Shown here: piece after piece, positions 13,920 through 28,927 of the stretch | Layout: the number at the start of each line of letters is the position of its first letter | Numbering within the stretch: the stretch's first letter is position 1 | Assembly: GCA_951406725.2 (NCBI GenBank) | Contig: OX597830.1 | Span: 51,894,001 to 51,958,000 of the forward strand | DNA: 64,000 nt | Direction: 5' to 3' | From: Octopus vulgaris | Lineage: Eukaryota | Position numbers and translations under genes: made by a program | Notes under the pieces: generated by a model | The model's database searches: none | What the model saw: the letters and a program-made list of their open reading frames with translations, nothing else | What the model was told of the DNA's origin: nothing

Positions 13920-14805
13920 GTGATGATGGTGGGGGAGATGACGATGATTGTGGTGGTGGTGGTGGTGGTTGTGGTGGTGGTTGAGTTTATTTTGGTTGTA
14001 GTAGAAAGGTTGCTGTAGTGGTGCTGGTGATTGTAGTGGGAAGGTGGTATTGAGAGGTGGTCATAATGGTGATTGGGGTGTTGTGTTTGTAGTGGGGGAG
14101 GTGGTACAGGCTGTGGTGTCTGTAGTATTGGTGATGACGTTAATGGTGATGGCGGCGGTGGCGGTGGTGGTGGTGGGTTGTGATGGTAGTGTTAGTGATG
14201 GTGTTGATAGGGTGATGTAGTGGTGATGCACCTGTGTGGTGGTATCGGTGGTAGTACTTGTGGCGGTGAAGTTTAATGGTGGTGCATTGGTGTACTGATG
14301 ATAGGGATTGTAGCGGTGGTAGTGCAAGTGACGGTGGTAGTAATTGGCGATGTTTGTGGTTTAGGCTGATTACTGTAGCGGTAGTTATAGTGGTGGTAAT
14401 GGTGGTGGTGGTGGTGGTGGTGGTGGTGGTGGTGGTGGTGGTGGTGGTGGTAGTAGTGGTGGTGGTGATGTCTCTTGTGTTAGTGCGGCAGGAGCATCAG
14501 AATGAGGAAGATGTTTGGGCGGCAATAGAGGCGTAGATGGCGGTGGAGTGTCTGTGACCCCACCATTAATTTTGTAAACACCCACTCCCAGCCTGCTGAG
14601 ACATGTGCGGCTGATGTCCAGCTTGGATACTATTTACACGACAAATATGGACGATAAGGTTTGTGATAGCAAATGCGAGGTGGAGCTGCTCTTCGTCGTT
14701 GCTGTTGTTGTGGAGTTTATTATATTTGTAGTAGTGGTGGTGGTGGTGGTGGTGGTGGTGGTGGTGGTGATGCTGGTGGTGCTGGTGGTGCTGGCGCTGG
14801 TGGTA
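13920..14805. repeat. (GGT)n-rich low-complexity region
   Basis: Direct reading. Confidence 0.9.
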
Positions 14806-14912
14806 GTATCACAGAAATACTTCCTCTGAATATGGAAGGTACATGTGTTTATGAAATCTAGAAAAGGAACAAATCAGCTACATACACACCGACACTAACG
14901 CGCACTCAAACG

Positions 14913-14939
14913 GATAGATAGATAGATAGATAGATAGAC

Positions 14940-15010
<71 letters not shown>

Positions 15011-15083
15011 TAGAGAGAGAGCGACAGACAGACAGACAGACAGTCAGGCAGGCAGGCAGACAGACAGACAGACAGACAGATAA

Positions 15084-15146
<63 letters not shown>
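14913..15146. repeat. (GATA)n/(GACA)n array
   Basis: Direct reading. Confidence 0.98.
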
Positions 15147-15448
15147 TGTTTCTTTATTAGCCACACAGGGCTGCACACAGACAGAACAAATTACAAGGTA
15201 GAGCTTTTCTTTTGGGGGTAAAAAAAGAGGGGGTTGGTTTTCGATCAAAAGGGATCGTAAAAGGAAAGAAAGAGGACAAAAAAAGGGGAGGATTTTTTTA
15301 AAGGGGGGGGGGGAGAAAAGGGGAGAGGAAAAAAAACGTTGATCAATAGGGATCGTAATCACAGAAATGTCAATATGAAGTGTAAAGAGGAGGACAGGTG
15401 AGGTTTACCCGTGGAAAGAAAAGCCTACGGAAAAGACCACGGTAACCT
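15147..15448 (-). mobile_element. Tx1/L1-like LINE 3' UTR, 5'-truncated copy 1, inserted in (GATA)n
   Basis: Near-identical to 52905-53208; (GATA)n on both sides. Confidence 0.85.
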
Positions 15449-15499
15449 AGATAGATAGATAGATAGAAAAATAGATAAAGAGTGAGAGAGGGAGAAAGA

Positions 15500-15910
15500 G
15501 ATAATCTTTTAGTTCTTTCAGTTATTAGATTGTGGCCATACTGAGGTACCACCTTTGAAGGGGTTAGTCGAACGATTTCGGCTCAATACTTAATTTATTA
15601 AAGCCTGATACGTATTTTATCGGCCTCTTTTGCTGAACAGCTAGATTACGGTTACGTAAACAAGTTCACATCGTTTGTTAAGTGGTGTTGGGGACATGTA
15701 CAGATTACAAAGGCACAAATACACATAGATATATTCATACATCCGTACATACGATGAGCTGCTTTCAGTGTCAGTCTACCATATCCACTCATGAGGCTTT
15801 ATTCAGGCTGAGGCTATTGGACAAGAAACTTGTCCAATATGCCATACAGTGGGACTGAACCTGGAGCCGTGTTGTTGGGAAGCAAACTTCTTACAACATA
15901 ACCACGCCTG
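15500..15910 (-). mobile_element. Diverged SINE family A
   Basis: Reverse-complement similarity to family A head and tail (cagtgggactgaacc, tttcagtca). Confidence 0.7.
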
Positions 15911-16132
15911 TGTGTATGTGTGTATGTCATTATTCCGTTTATTTCAAGATTCCTTGCCAATAGAGAAAGAATCGGTTTCTAACCTACGAGATCCAAGATA
16001 TTTTCATTGGAATTTCAACACCAACAACAGGGTATTTTTGTTTGTATGTATGCATGTATGCGTGTATGTATGTATGTATGCATGTATGTATGTATGTATG
16101 TATGTATGTATGTATGTATGTATGTATGTATG

Positions 16133-16166
<34 letters not shown>

Positions 16167-16776
16167 TGTATGTATGTATGCATGCATGTACGTTTGTATG
16201 TATGTTTGTATGTATGTTTGTATGTATGTACGTTTGAATGTATGTATCTATGCATGCATATACGTTTTTATGTATGTATGTATGTATGTATGTATGTATG
16301 TATGAATAGATATATGTTTTATGCATGTATTTTCATGCATGGAGTTACATTCCTAGACATGCTCATATATATTTAAATGAAAAACTTCTGGAAAGTTTTA
16401 CAGATTTTTACAGTTCCTGTTATGTATGTGTATATGTATGCACGTATGCTACTTTGTATGTATCTATGTATGTGTGTATGTATGTATGTATGTATGTATG
16501 TATGTATGTATGTATGTATGTATGTATGTATGTATGTATGTATGTATGTATGTTTAGAGAAAGTGGGAGGTAGGGAAATGAGACAAAACAAAGAACTGCG
16601 AAGACAGCAGCTTCAGGAACGAAGGAAGTTGGGGAAATTGTAAAAATTGTTGAAAAGTTAGAGACCTGAGGAGTTGAAAGTATTATGTAGCACTGAATGG
16701 AATGATAGCATGCGAAGGACGAGGCGGGGAGAATACTTGAACAAAATAGGTAATAATGATGTTATAGTACCTGTGC

Positions 16777-16817
<41 letters not shown>

Positions 16818-17196
16818 GGGGGGGGGGTTGATAACAATATGTGACAATGTTTAATGATTGGTGAATTAATAAACATTTACCCAATTATAGAGACCAGTTT
16901 TTAAAATATAAAAAAAAAAATAACGATATATTTATTTGTTCAGATGCCATTTTGAAAACAATGTGGAGTGAAAAGACGATAATTTATAGTTTGTTTAATG
17001 GTTTATTGGATAACTACTGCCGCTGGCAACCTCAACAACAGCAGCTGCTGCTGTTGCTGCAGGTGAGGTGCAGTCACCACTACTACGGTTATTTCTACGA
17101 TTGCTTACTACCACACAGTAACAACAACTAGAACACACCACGTCATCATAAATTTTAATCGCCCTCGCCACCATCACAACTACTACATGCACAACT

Positions 17197-17285
17197 GAGA
17201 AGAAGAAGAAGAAGAAGAAGTATGAGGAGGAGGAGGGGAGGAGGAGAAGGAGAAGAAGAAGAAGGAGGAGGAGGAGGAGGAGAAG

Positions 17286-17317
<32 letters not shown>

Positions 17318-17541
17318 TGAGGAGGAGGAGGGGGAGGAGAAGGAGAAGAAGAAGAAGGAGGAGGAGGAGAAGAAGAAGAAGAAGAAGAAAAAGAAGAAGA
17401 AGAAGAAGAAGAAGAAGTAGGAGGAGGAGGAGAAGAAGAAGAAGAAGAAGAAGAAGAAGAAGAAAAAGAAGAAGAAAAAGAAGAAGAAGTAGGAGGAGGA
17501 GGAGGAGGAGGAGGAGGAGAAGAAGAAGAAGAAGAAGAAGA
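17197..17541. repeat. (GAA/GGA)n purine tract
   Basis: Direct reading. Confidence 0.98.
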
Positions 17542-18365
17542 ATTTCTTTATTTACCACTGAGGGTTTACACACATAGGAAAGTGCAGAACAATACAACAC
17601 GGCATAAGATAATGACGGATTATATGAAGGTGTTTAAACAAATGAAAAAGAAAATGAGACAAAATATTCAAACAATAAAGTTCCACAAATGTGGGCAGAG
17701 GGACTTCTGAGAGCTGATAGTGGAAACCCCATAAAACCAGGGTCACCCTTTTCATACTTCTTGCTCAATCTACCCTTGCATGCTCAGAGAAAGCCCGTTT
17801 AGTCACCCCATCTTTGCGACATTCACCCACCTTTCAACAAATTAGTTTGAAGGTAGCACTTGCCTTTTCCCCTTTGCCTTCCTTTTCAAGTTAAATTTTA
17901 AAATGTCGATGAGGGCTTAGCCAAAGTGGAAGACAGATAACACTGCTTGTCTTTCCCGGCCAAAACGTAGCGGGATATCCTAACAATAGAATGAACCGAT
18001 AGTGGGATCTGTCTCACTCGCAATAGTAGGTGTTCGAGGTAAACCCACAAGTTAGCAATACTGAACGTCTATAGAACGCCAAGGTGTAACTTCCACCGAT
18101 CGCATTGCCAGACTGGCAGAGAGCTTGGAGGGCCTGGCAACATTGTAGGTGTCAAGTATCCCGCCTCGGTCTTCGATTGATCCATTTATACAACTCAGAA
18201 AAAAACAAGATGTGGAAATGAGAGTCTGACAAACGGCGACCACACATGCTCACCGTCAAGAATCGCTGGAGATGTTGCAGCCTTAGCTTTATTAGCTACG
18301 GTGCATGCCGACTCCCCACTCAACGAGTGTCCATAAGCTAGGTTCGGTTGGAATGATGCGTTCAG
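17542..18365 (-). mobile_element. Decayed Tx1/L1-like LINE 3' portion (different subfamily) abutting (TTC)n
   Basis: 3' end AATAAAGAAA like the other Tx1 copies; 17800-17900 resembles the KRKVR..RWVNVA coding region; strongly degraded. Confidence 0.6.
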
Positions 18366-18368
18366 CTT

Positions 18369-18419
<51 letters not shown>

Positions 18420-18649
18420 ATAAAACAAAATGGGAAAAGACGGTGAAATGAAATACGAGTATACATAAGAATATAAAGTCAGATGTAACATGAATGATGC
18501 AGTCCTCCTGATACAGTAGAAACGCAAGCTAGGGCTAATCAAGGAACCCCACAGATCTAGGGTTACCTCGACAATCAAAGGCACAAGCCTTCTCCCAATT
18601 ACTGTTCTTCGATCTACGTGCGCTCTCTAAGCATTTTACCACAGTCACC

Positions 18650-18790
18650 TAACATTCCAAAATATTCACCAAATAGCACTTCCCGTTCCACTCTCACTTT
18701 CTTTTCCAAGTGGATCTTAAAAGAAGTCGAAGGCTTGTCCGGAAAGGAAGTTGTTTTTCTTCAATCCTTTCAGCCTCGTCCCCGATAGAC
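18650..18790 (-). mobile_element. Short degenerate Tx1-like ORF2 fragment
   Basis: Similar to 53340-53490. Confidence 0.55.
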
Positions 18791-18954
18791 ACTAAACAGG
18801 AACACCGCCTGCGCAGCCTTGTTTAAGGTAGGTGGTGGGATGACCATGACAAAAGAATCCCATGACAAATAGAATTCCTTTTCTCTTGTCTGTTGTATGA
18901 GGCTTAGCAATGACTACCACCACCACCATTACTACTACAACTACTACTGTATGT

Positions 18955-19203
18955 ATGTATATGTCTATGCGTGTGTTTGTGTCTTTGTTTCTATGCTTGT
19001 TAGCCATCACTTCTTGACGACCGGTGTTGGTGTGTTTACGTCCCGATAACTTAGCGTTTTGGCAAATGTGTCCTATAGAATAAGTACTAGGCTTACAAAG
19101 AATGTCACGGGGTCGATTTGTTCGACGAAGATCTTTCAAGGCCGGGTTCCAGCATGGCTGCAGTCATATGACTGAAACAAGTAATAAGAAAAACAAATGA
19201 AAG
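18955..19203 (+). mobile_element. SINE family A, 3' half
   Basis: gtgtttacgtccc..taacttagcg..tagaataagtactaggc..gactgaaacaag. Confidence 0.8.
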
Positions 19204-19211
19204 AATGTGCT

Positions 19212-19251
<40 letters not shown>

Positions 19252-19313
19252 CGTGCGAGAGAGAGAGAGAGAGAGAGAGTGTGTGTGTTTGTTTGTTTGC
19301 TTGCTTGTTTTTG

Positions 19314-19348
<35 letters not shown>

Positions 19349-19988
19349 GTTTCTTTATCGGCCACACAGGGCTGCACACAGATGGGACAAGTTACAAGGT
19401 AGAGCTTTTCTTTTGGGGGATGAAAAAAACAAAAAGCAAAAAACAAAAGAAAAAAAAAGGATGGCGTAGGTTTTCGATCAAAAGGGATCGTAAAAGGGGG
19501 AAAAAAACAGAAAATAAAAGAAAAAAAAAAGAAAAAAAAGGAAAAGGAACAAAAGAAAAGAGAAATGAAAAAAAGAAGAAAAAAGGGGAAAAAAGGGGAA
19601 GAGGAAAAAAAACGATCAATAGGGATCGTGTATCACAGTGTTATGATGTATGGTGTAAAGGAGAAAGCAAGTAAGGTTTATCCGTGGGAAGAAAAAGCCT
19701 ACGAAAAAGACCACGGTAACCTTGGTCAATATTGTTATATGTTACCACATTTATTTGCAAGTGGGTAACCCTCTGTTTTCAATTTCTGGGTTCATAGGAT
19801 TATGCTCAAGGTGGCTTCGTCATTCATACGTGCCATCCTTGCTACATTCACCTATCTTTTTTTAAAACATTCGCTAGACAAAACTTGCCTCTCTACTCTC
19901 ACTTTCCTTTTCAAGTGGTACTTGAAGAAGTTGATGAGAGATTGACCAGAAAGGAAAGTGTTTGTCTCCAATCCTTTCAGACGCGTCC
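19349..19988 (-). mobile_element. Tx1/L1-like LINE, 5'-truncated copy 2, inserted in (GATA)n
   Basis: Encodes RTRLKGLETNTFLSGQSLINFFKYHLKRKVRVERQ as in 53289-53735; (GATA)n on both sides. Confidence 0.88.
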
Positions 19989-20100
<112 letters not shown>

Positions 20101-20817
20101 CGCACACATATTTTTTATTCTTTTTTTTACCTTTTTTCAATCATTAGACTACAGTCATGCTGGGGCACTGCTTTTACGGCTTTATCCGGACAGATCGATC
20201 CCAGTAAGAAGTAAACTTCTTACCATACAGCCACGCATGTATCCAGTTAGTTTCCACCCACTCTCTGTGGTGAGCACTTCCTAACCGCTAGCGTATATAT
20301 TAGCCATTTGGATGGCAAAATATGCTTGTCGCTGAAGTGTTCGTCATAGGAGAATAATTTCTCTTATTTACGACAGTGTGTTCAGTAGACTCGACAAGCA
20401 GCACCAGGACTATTCAGCTTAAACCAAGCTGTTGGCTTCGTTTATACTTCCAGGCAAGTTCATACACAAAATATAAATATTTCTTCAACCCAGAAACCCG
20501 TACGCCAATAAGCTGAGCGTGTAGAACACACTGTCACCGAGAAGGAAGAATTAATTCCCTTCCTTCAAAATTGCTGGCATTGAGCGTAAATTCTAACTAC
20601 TATTTTTACAGAGTAAATGTGTTGAATTAGAAGAATACTTAGAATGTCAGAAAAAAGATTATACGGCATTTATATGCGCAACTCTAGGTTTCAAATCCAG
20701 CTTCACATTCCATGCTTTAAGAGCTGTAAAAATGAAGTACCGCACAAGTACTAAGATCAATGCCTTTCTCTAAAACTGCCGGCCTTGTGCCTAAATGAGA
20801 AAAAAATCATTATGAAA

Positions 20818-20988
20818 GGCGCAGGTGTGGCTGTGTGGTAAGTAGCTTACTAACCAACCACATGGTTCCGGGTTCAGTCCTACTGCGTGGCATCTTGGGC
20901 AAGTGTCTTCTGCTATGGCCCCGGGCCGACCAATGCCTTGTGAGTGGATTTGGTAGACGGAAACTGAAAGAAGCCTGTCGTATATATG

Positions 20989-21019
<31 letters not shown>

Positions 21020-21214
21020 TTGTGTGTCTGTGTTTGTTCCCTTAGCATTGCTTGACAACCGATGCTGGTGTGTTTACGTCCCCGTAACTTAGCGGTTCGG
21101 CAAAAAGAGACCGATAGAATAAGTCCCGGGGTCGATTTGCTCGACTAAAGGCGGTGCTCCAGCATGGCCGCAGTCAAATGACTGAAACAAGTAAAAGAGT
21201 AAAGAGTAAAAGAG
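20818..21214 (+). mobile_element. SINE family A, young full-length copy
   Basis: A-box TGGCTGTGTGG, B-box-like GGTTCAGTCC, CORE-like gtggcatcttgggcaagtg, (gtaaaaga)n tail. Confidence 0.92.
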
Positions 21215-21510
<296 letters not shown>

Positions 21511-22242
21511 TCCTTACACTCAAGATTGTCTTCTTTCTGACTATGTTAAAAATCAATTTAAAAACAATAATTTTTACAGTACACCGAGTCTGATCGCACA
21601 AAGCCACCATAGCACCACACCCTACTGGATGGGAACGACTGTGTTAGGAAATGCATAGAAGGCGTTGGTGCGTGTTTCTTGTTTACAATGTAGGGGTGAA
21701 AAAAATAGGAGCGGTTGAATTCAAAGTCTCCCACTCGGCAAAATATTTTTAAAGTAGCACTACTCGAGCTAGGTCAATAAAATATTTAGCTATTTCTTTA
21801 GTAATCAATAATCAATAAGCCACGTTCTAGTTCTTGTTAATTTATTGCAATTCAAATCAAACCAAACAAATTGTTTGTATTCTACTAAATGTGATAAAAT
21901 ATTCTACGCTGAATGAGAAAGATATAAAAAAGCGTTTCATTATCGCTTTGCTATGGAGGTGATGAGGATATGCACAAATAGCTAAATATTTCGCAGTTTC
22001 ATAATACTAGTGTAAGTAAAACTCACATGACAGTTGTTGTTGTTGTTGTTGTTGTCGTTGATGATGATGATGATGATGATGCAGTTGTTCCTATTGTTGT
22101 TGCCTTCATTGCCATGATTCTTGTAGTGGTTGTTGATGCTGTTCTCACTCTTACAATTGTTATTGCAGCCGTATTCGCTTTAGAAAATGAATTTCATGGT
22201 ATTGTGTTGAAAAAATTAGGCAGGGATAGAAATGGATCGATC

Positions 22243-22534
<292 letters not shown>

Positions 22535-22779
22535 CAGGGTTTGAGAGAGAGAGAGCGTAAATGAGAGACAGAAATAAGACTAATCAGTTAGTCAAGCATA
22601 CAACTGAGTGCATACGCCCACACACATATACGCACACAGTGAAAAAAAAAGCCCATTCATACAAGGACACGCATATCTCACTCGATTTCAGCGATCCTCT
22701 CTCTCTCTCTCTCTCTCCTTCCTCGAGACTGTCTCTTCCTACGTTCAAGCGCATACACGTAAATTTAAACACAAATGTA

Positions 22780-22826
<47 letters not shown>

Positions 22827-22976
22827 GGCAAGCATATACATATACTTTTCAATGTCGATTTTATGCTACGCTCTGAGTGTGGGAATATATTATATTACAT
22901 TATATTACCAGATAGATAGGTAGATAGATATACATTACATACATACATACATACATGCATACATACACACACACAC

Positions 22977-23027
<51 letters not shown>

Positions 23028-23849
23028 AGTGTGTGTGTGTATATATATATGTATATATATATATATATATATATACATATATAAGTATGTATGTATTTAT
23101 GTATGTATATATGCACACATGCATATATACATTTGTATAATGTTAATAGTAATGTATATGTAAAAAGATTTATGTATGGGTGTGTGTATGTATTATGTAT
23201 GGATAGTGTGTGCTTATGTGTGCTTCGGTGTTCTCCTGTGTGGTTTTGTGTGTGTGTGTGTGTGTGAGTGTGTTTCTATCTTTTATATACATGTATGCAT
23301 GTATAGGCTCCCATAATTCTGGCTTTAATGTGTTATTGTTCAACAAAGATAACAAACACCGAATTTCACAATCAGTACCTCTACCCACCCACCTCCCACC
23401 CACTCCATCTCCGACTCCCACTGCACCACCACCCCCATGCAATCCCAACCCGTGCCACTTCCCCCTCCCCCCTCCCCCCTCCCCACCGAAAAACCAATTC
23501 CCAGACTATAAAAGAAATCAATTAATTCCATTCTATAGCTGATGCCATCATTAAGAGTTTTCAAACTAATCCGTTGTCAGCCGATATAGAAAGTCACTTT
23601 GAGCCCACTAACCACAATAAAAACAACAACAACAACAACAACGACGACGCCCACAGCAGCACATTCACTGACGACGCTGCCCAATCCCGACCCCAGCCAG
23701 CCAGCCCCAGCTACGGCTACACACTCCCCAACAGTCATCGCTACATCGCACACAGCTTCCGCAGTTATCTTCTCGAAATCAGATGACACAAGTTGCAATC
23801 GCTTCCTTCACGCTGATTGGAATTCGAACGGGAAAAGCTTCGCATATAT

Positions 23850-23866
23850 TGTTGTTGCTGTTGTTG

Positions 23867-23906
<40 letters not shown>

Positions 23907-23971
23907 CATTATTACCATTATTATTATCATTATTATCATTATTATTATCATTATTATTATCATTATTATTA

Positions 23972-24036
<65 letters not shown>

Positions 24037-24066
24037 ATTATTATTATTATTATTGCTATTATTATT
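23850..24066. repeat. (GTT)n/(ATT)n array
   Basis: Direct reading. Confidence 0.98.
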
Positions 24067-24447
24067 TCTGTATGGGGAGCATACTGTTTTTACTGTTTTT
24101 GCTGTTGTTCTTGTTAAAATTTCTTCTTTTGATGTCTTGAAGAAATTCATTTATTTCTATAGAAGATAGGAGAAACCTGGATATATAAAGATTTTAATAA
24201 ATAGGTTATTAGGTGGGTGATTAGTTGTGGAAAGAGGTCTCTCCCTTCCTTCCTCCCTCCCACTCTCTCTCTCTCTCTATTCCCCTCACTCTTCCTCTTT
24301 CTCCCCGTCTCTTTCTCTTTCTCTTTCTCTTTTTCTCCCTCTCATGCATAGAGATATCTATCTACATACACACTTATAGACAAACATACATACATATATG
24401 GGGTTCGTGTCTATATAAATATATTTAAAATATATGCATACACACAC

Positions 24448-24510
<63 letters not shown>

Positions 24511-25226
24511 TTTTATATTTATATACACATATATATTATATACATGTAGACATACATATATGCATTATGTGTATGTGCGTCTAAGCTATCTGTTCACCTC
24601 CATTTACTATGTGTACTGTTAGTCTTTATATCATTCGTATCTATTAGGTCGAAAGACTCTAATAGATGTCGTCCCACTTTGTTTTTTCTTCATGTTTAGT
24701 AGCATATTCTCAAACAGCTATTGTCTTCTTACACGCTGGTACCATAAATCCTCTCCTGCGTCTCATTGTCCATGTTCTGTTTCCTCTCAACATTCTCCTG
24801 CTGTATTTTTTTTTCTGTAGTTCCATAGTCACGGTAAAGGTAGAAGTCTTCGTGTTCATGTGCTGAAACTGCATGACATCAGGTTACAACTGATGAAGAA
24901 GTACCTACGTATGTATGTGTGTGCGCCTGTGTGTATTACAAATCACACGTACTCGCACATGCATATGTCCGCATCTATATAAATATGTATGTTTATGTGT
25001 ACGTGTGTATAAAGAAAGAAAGAGAGAGAGAGAGAGAGAGTTATTAACGACGGCAGTGGGCAATATTTTACGAAAAAGGAAAACTATAATTTTCATTAAG
25101 TATGACTTGAGGGTAAGAAACACCTACGTTGCTGAGACATAGCTAAAATGCTCTAATGCTGTAGTCAAAGCACACAATTGTATACATATATACTGACAGT
25201 AGTCCGAAAACACCGATCGCGAATTC

Positions 25227-25276
25227 CCTATACTTACCGATCAGTTTCGGCAATTTCCGTTGCCTCATCAGCAAGG
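25227..25276 (-). ncRNA. Type I hammerhead-like motif (stem I not supported)
   Basis: Minus strand CUGAUGA-GGCAA(CGGAAA)UUGCC-GAAA-CUGAUCGG-UA; stems II and III good, stem I unpaired. Confidence 0.55.
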
Positions 25277-25807
25277 ACCGCTCGACTTAAGCTATTTCCG
25301 GACCGAATTCTCTGTTAGTATATATGTTTTCACCATGAAAATATATGGGTGACTTAACAAGTCGTTAATATGTATACAAGAAATTAATATAGACAACACT
25401 GTGTAAGGTTTTACCAAAGCGGTAGACAATAATTGTCACTAAATACGACTAGAGTGTTAGAAACACCCTCATTGTGAGATAAAAACAAATGTAAACAGAT
25501 TTCTTTTATGCTTATGATGTGCGGAAACAAGAGATAGGGGGTCTCATGATGACTTTTAACTCCTGCTTTCCAGAGAACATGCATCTGGCTTCTGACCCCA
25601 CTGAATTGCATGTAACTTTATTCAGGTGCTATAAATACAACAGGCAGTTATAGATCAGGCTAAGACTGTAGTGGATAGTCTCTTAATGTGAATGTGTGTC
25701 TGTCTTTGTGTGTGAGCTTGTATGTATGTATGTATGTACGTGTGTGCGTGCGTATTTGAGCGAGCCGCTCTGACTATGTGTGCGTGTGTTGAGTGTGTGT
25801 GTGTGTG

Positions 25808-25875
<68 letters not shown>

Positions 25876-25937
25876 GTAGAAGTCTTCATCTTCATGTGCC
25901 GAAACTGCATGACATCAGGTTACAACTGAAGAAGAGC

Positions 25938-26215
25938 ATGGGCTAGTGGTTCGGGCTCTGTACACACGATCGGAAGTTCACAGTTTCGATTCCCGGACCT
26001 GACGATGCATTGAGTTCTTGAGAATAACATCTCATCACACGTTGCTTTGTGATCAATTCGACATCTCCCGCGGGGCACAGTGTGTGTCTGTACATGTAAT
26101 GTCGATTTGATAGGAGTTGATGTGTAATACCAGCTATTAAATATCTATTATGTGTAGTTGATCACCATAAACAAATCTTCTGTACAGGCTGTTCAGCAAG
26201 AAGTTGCAGAACTGT
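25938..26215 (+). mobile_element. Diverged tRNA-derived SINE (family E)
   Basis: gggctagtggtt..gtttcgattcccggac head followed by a CORE-like segment. Confidence 0.55.
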
Positions 26216-26248
26216 CTTTCTTGGCCACGAGAATCTACCATTTATATA

Positions 26249-26279
<31 letters not shown>

Positions 26280-26282
26280 GAG

Positions 26283-26412
26283 TAGGAGAAAGTTGTGGCG
26301 AAAGAGTACAGCAGGGATCACCACTATCCCCTGCCGGAGCATCGTGGAGCTTTATGTGTTATCGCTCAATAAATACACCACACAACGCCCGGTCTGGGAA
26401 TCGAAACTGCGA
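26283..26412 (-). mobile_element. SINE family B partial copy, inverted
   Basis: Reverse complement of 26472-26597. Confidence 0.85.
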
Positions 26413-26421
26413 TTATATATA

Positions 26422-26730
26422 TGGGGGCGCAATGGCCCAGTGATTAGAGCAGCGGACTGGCGGACGGAGGATCGCAGTTTCGATTCCCAGACCGGGCGTT
26501 GTGTGTGTTTATTGAGCGATAACACCTAAAAGCTCCACGAGGCTCCGGCAGGGGGTGGTGGTGACCCCTGTTGTACTCTTTCGCCCCAACTTTCTCTAAT
26601 TCTCTCTTCCTGTTTCTTGAGTAACGCTGAGATGGACTGGCGTCCCGTCCAGCTGGTGAGAACACATACGCCACAGAAACCGATAACCGAGCCCGTGAGC
26701 CTGGCTACGCTTGGGAAGGGCGACGTTTAT
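26422..26730 (+). mobile_element. SINE family B with alternative 3' module
   Basis: Head nearly identical to 8591-8770; tail gatggactggcgtcccgtccag..cagaaaccg differs. Confidence 0.85.
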
Positions 26731-26733
26731 CGT

Positions 26734-26800
<67 letters not shown>

Positions 26801-26903
26801 GTGTGTGTATACATACATATATATATAAATATATACACATGCACATATATATATACAGTCATATATAGAGAGAGAGAAAGACAGAGAGAAGGAGTTAGTT
26901 ACT

Positions 26904-26961
<58 letters not shown>

Positions 26962-27029
26962 CACACAATTATGTACGTGTATAGATATGGTAAATTTATA
27001 CATACAAACGTATATATAGTAAGTATACA

Positions 27030-27069
<40 letters not shown>

Positions 27070-27429
27070 GGAATTTATGTATGTATGTATGTATGTGTGT
27101 ATATATGTATATATGTATGTATGTGCCTGAGTGTGCACGCATGCATTAATTTCGGTATGTATCCGCATGACTGCCTTGCTGCGCGTGTGTGTTAGTGCGT
27201 GTATATCTGTCGATCCAAGTGTGCTGTTTGATTTTTCTAGAACGTCTTGAATATTCTCTCAATTTATCACGCCTAATAATATGTAAATCATCACGTGTTG
27301 TAGCTGAAATCGTTCGTTGAAAGACGTGGATTAATATGCGTAATTTCAGAGTAATGTGGAACAATATTAGTTATGCTATAGCCTTTATAAGCATTAGCGG
27401 TGCTTATATATACATATATATACATATAC

Positions 27430-27464
<35 letters not shown>

Positions 27465-27704
27465 GAGAGCAATTTATTTAAATAAATTGACATAATATAA
27501 TGTCTAAAAGTTTATAAATCACCTATTGATCCCTCCATTTTCTTATTGCTCTATAAATTAATGGTAAAATATCTCTTTACCCTCACCCATTTAGTACACT
27601 CGGTAATGTAATTTCAATGCAATAAAAAATGGGTATTAATAATTGGGTATATTGGATAGATATTATCCCTTAGTTGGTTGGATTCACAACCTCCAAATTT
27701 CTTG

Positions 27705-27739
<35 letters not shown>

Positions 27740-28789
27740 TATATACATACATATATATATACATATATATATACATACATACAAACATACATACATACAT
27801 ACATACATACATACATACATACAGACAGACATATGTGTGAGAGAGAGAGAGAGAAAGAGAGAGGGAGAAAGAGAGGTATATCCCAATTCTGACTATCAAT
27901 TCTCTTCAAAGAGACAAGTTTATGTACAAATTGAAATTCCTGATCTAGAATATTATTTGCAGATTATGAATATATTAAAACAAAGACTGGAATTTATGTT
28001 ATTATTATTTTTTAATTGTAGAGTTACAACAGTTTCATTTACAATATGGGAAATGTACTTTATGAAAATAAACAATAACCCTTTCTCCTGAAAGCACAAG
28101 GCCTCAAATTTGGGGGAAGGGATTAAGTCGATTATATCAACCCCAGTGCTATTTATTAATCTATAATTATAATTCTGAATACAATTATTGCTACTCCTCT
28201 TATGGAAACTTAAATATACTGTACTTGTGTGCATCTTCAACTTATGCTACGTTTTTGCTATTACGAGAAGCTAATCGAACCCGTTTCTTTATGAAAAGAA
28301 TTCTTTAGAATCTACTGTCTTTTAGAAAATGTTTCGTAAATGGCCAATAAAACAATTTGGCTTTCTTGATAATTATTTTTCCCGAAGGCAATTACCTAAA
28401 GGTATCCATATTGCTAAGGTATGTACTTTTATTTCTACCTAAGTTTTTTGTAATAGTGTGTAATCTCTTTATCTGGTTCTTATTACGACATTGGGTTGTT
28501 TTGCTATTATATTTGAGGTCATATTTTTCAATTGTTTGTATATTTTACACACACATATATATATATATACGTGTCTAAGTCGTGATTGTTGTTTAGTAGT
28601 TGTTTTGCACAACGTTCATGAAATAAATTTATGGGCGTTGGACTCAAAATCAACACTCAGCTATTGAATACAAAATTACTATATATTGACGCAACTGTAT
28701 CTTATCATGTTGCCACTTCGCAGCACATCTTACAATAGATTTAGGCCGATGAGAAGAATACTAAGTTGTATTCATTGTTGTGATACATG

Positions 28790-28820
<31 letters not shown>

Positions 28821-28829
28821 GAATGATAT

Positions 28830-28887
<58 letters not shown>

Positions 28888-28890
28888 GCT

Positions 28891-28927
<37 letters not shown>

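Noticed and set aside
24838-25936. Duplicated 60-bp segment (24840-24900, 25876-25936) containing GAAAC and CTGA.GA, suggesting a permuted hammerhead
   Set aside because: No stem I can form and stem II register is inconsistent; treated as an unclassified repeat fragment
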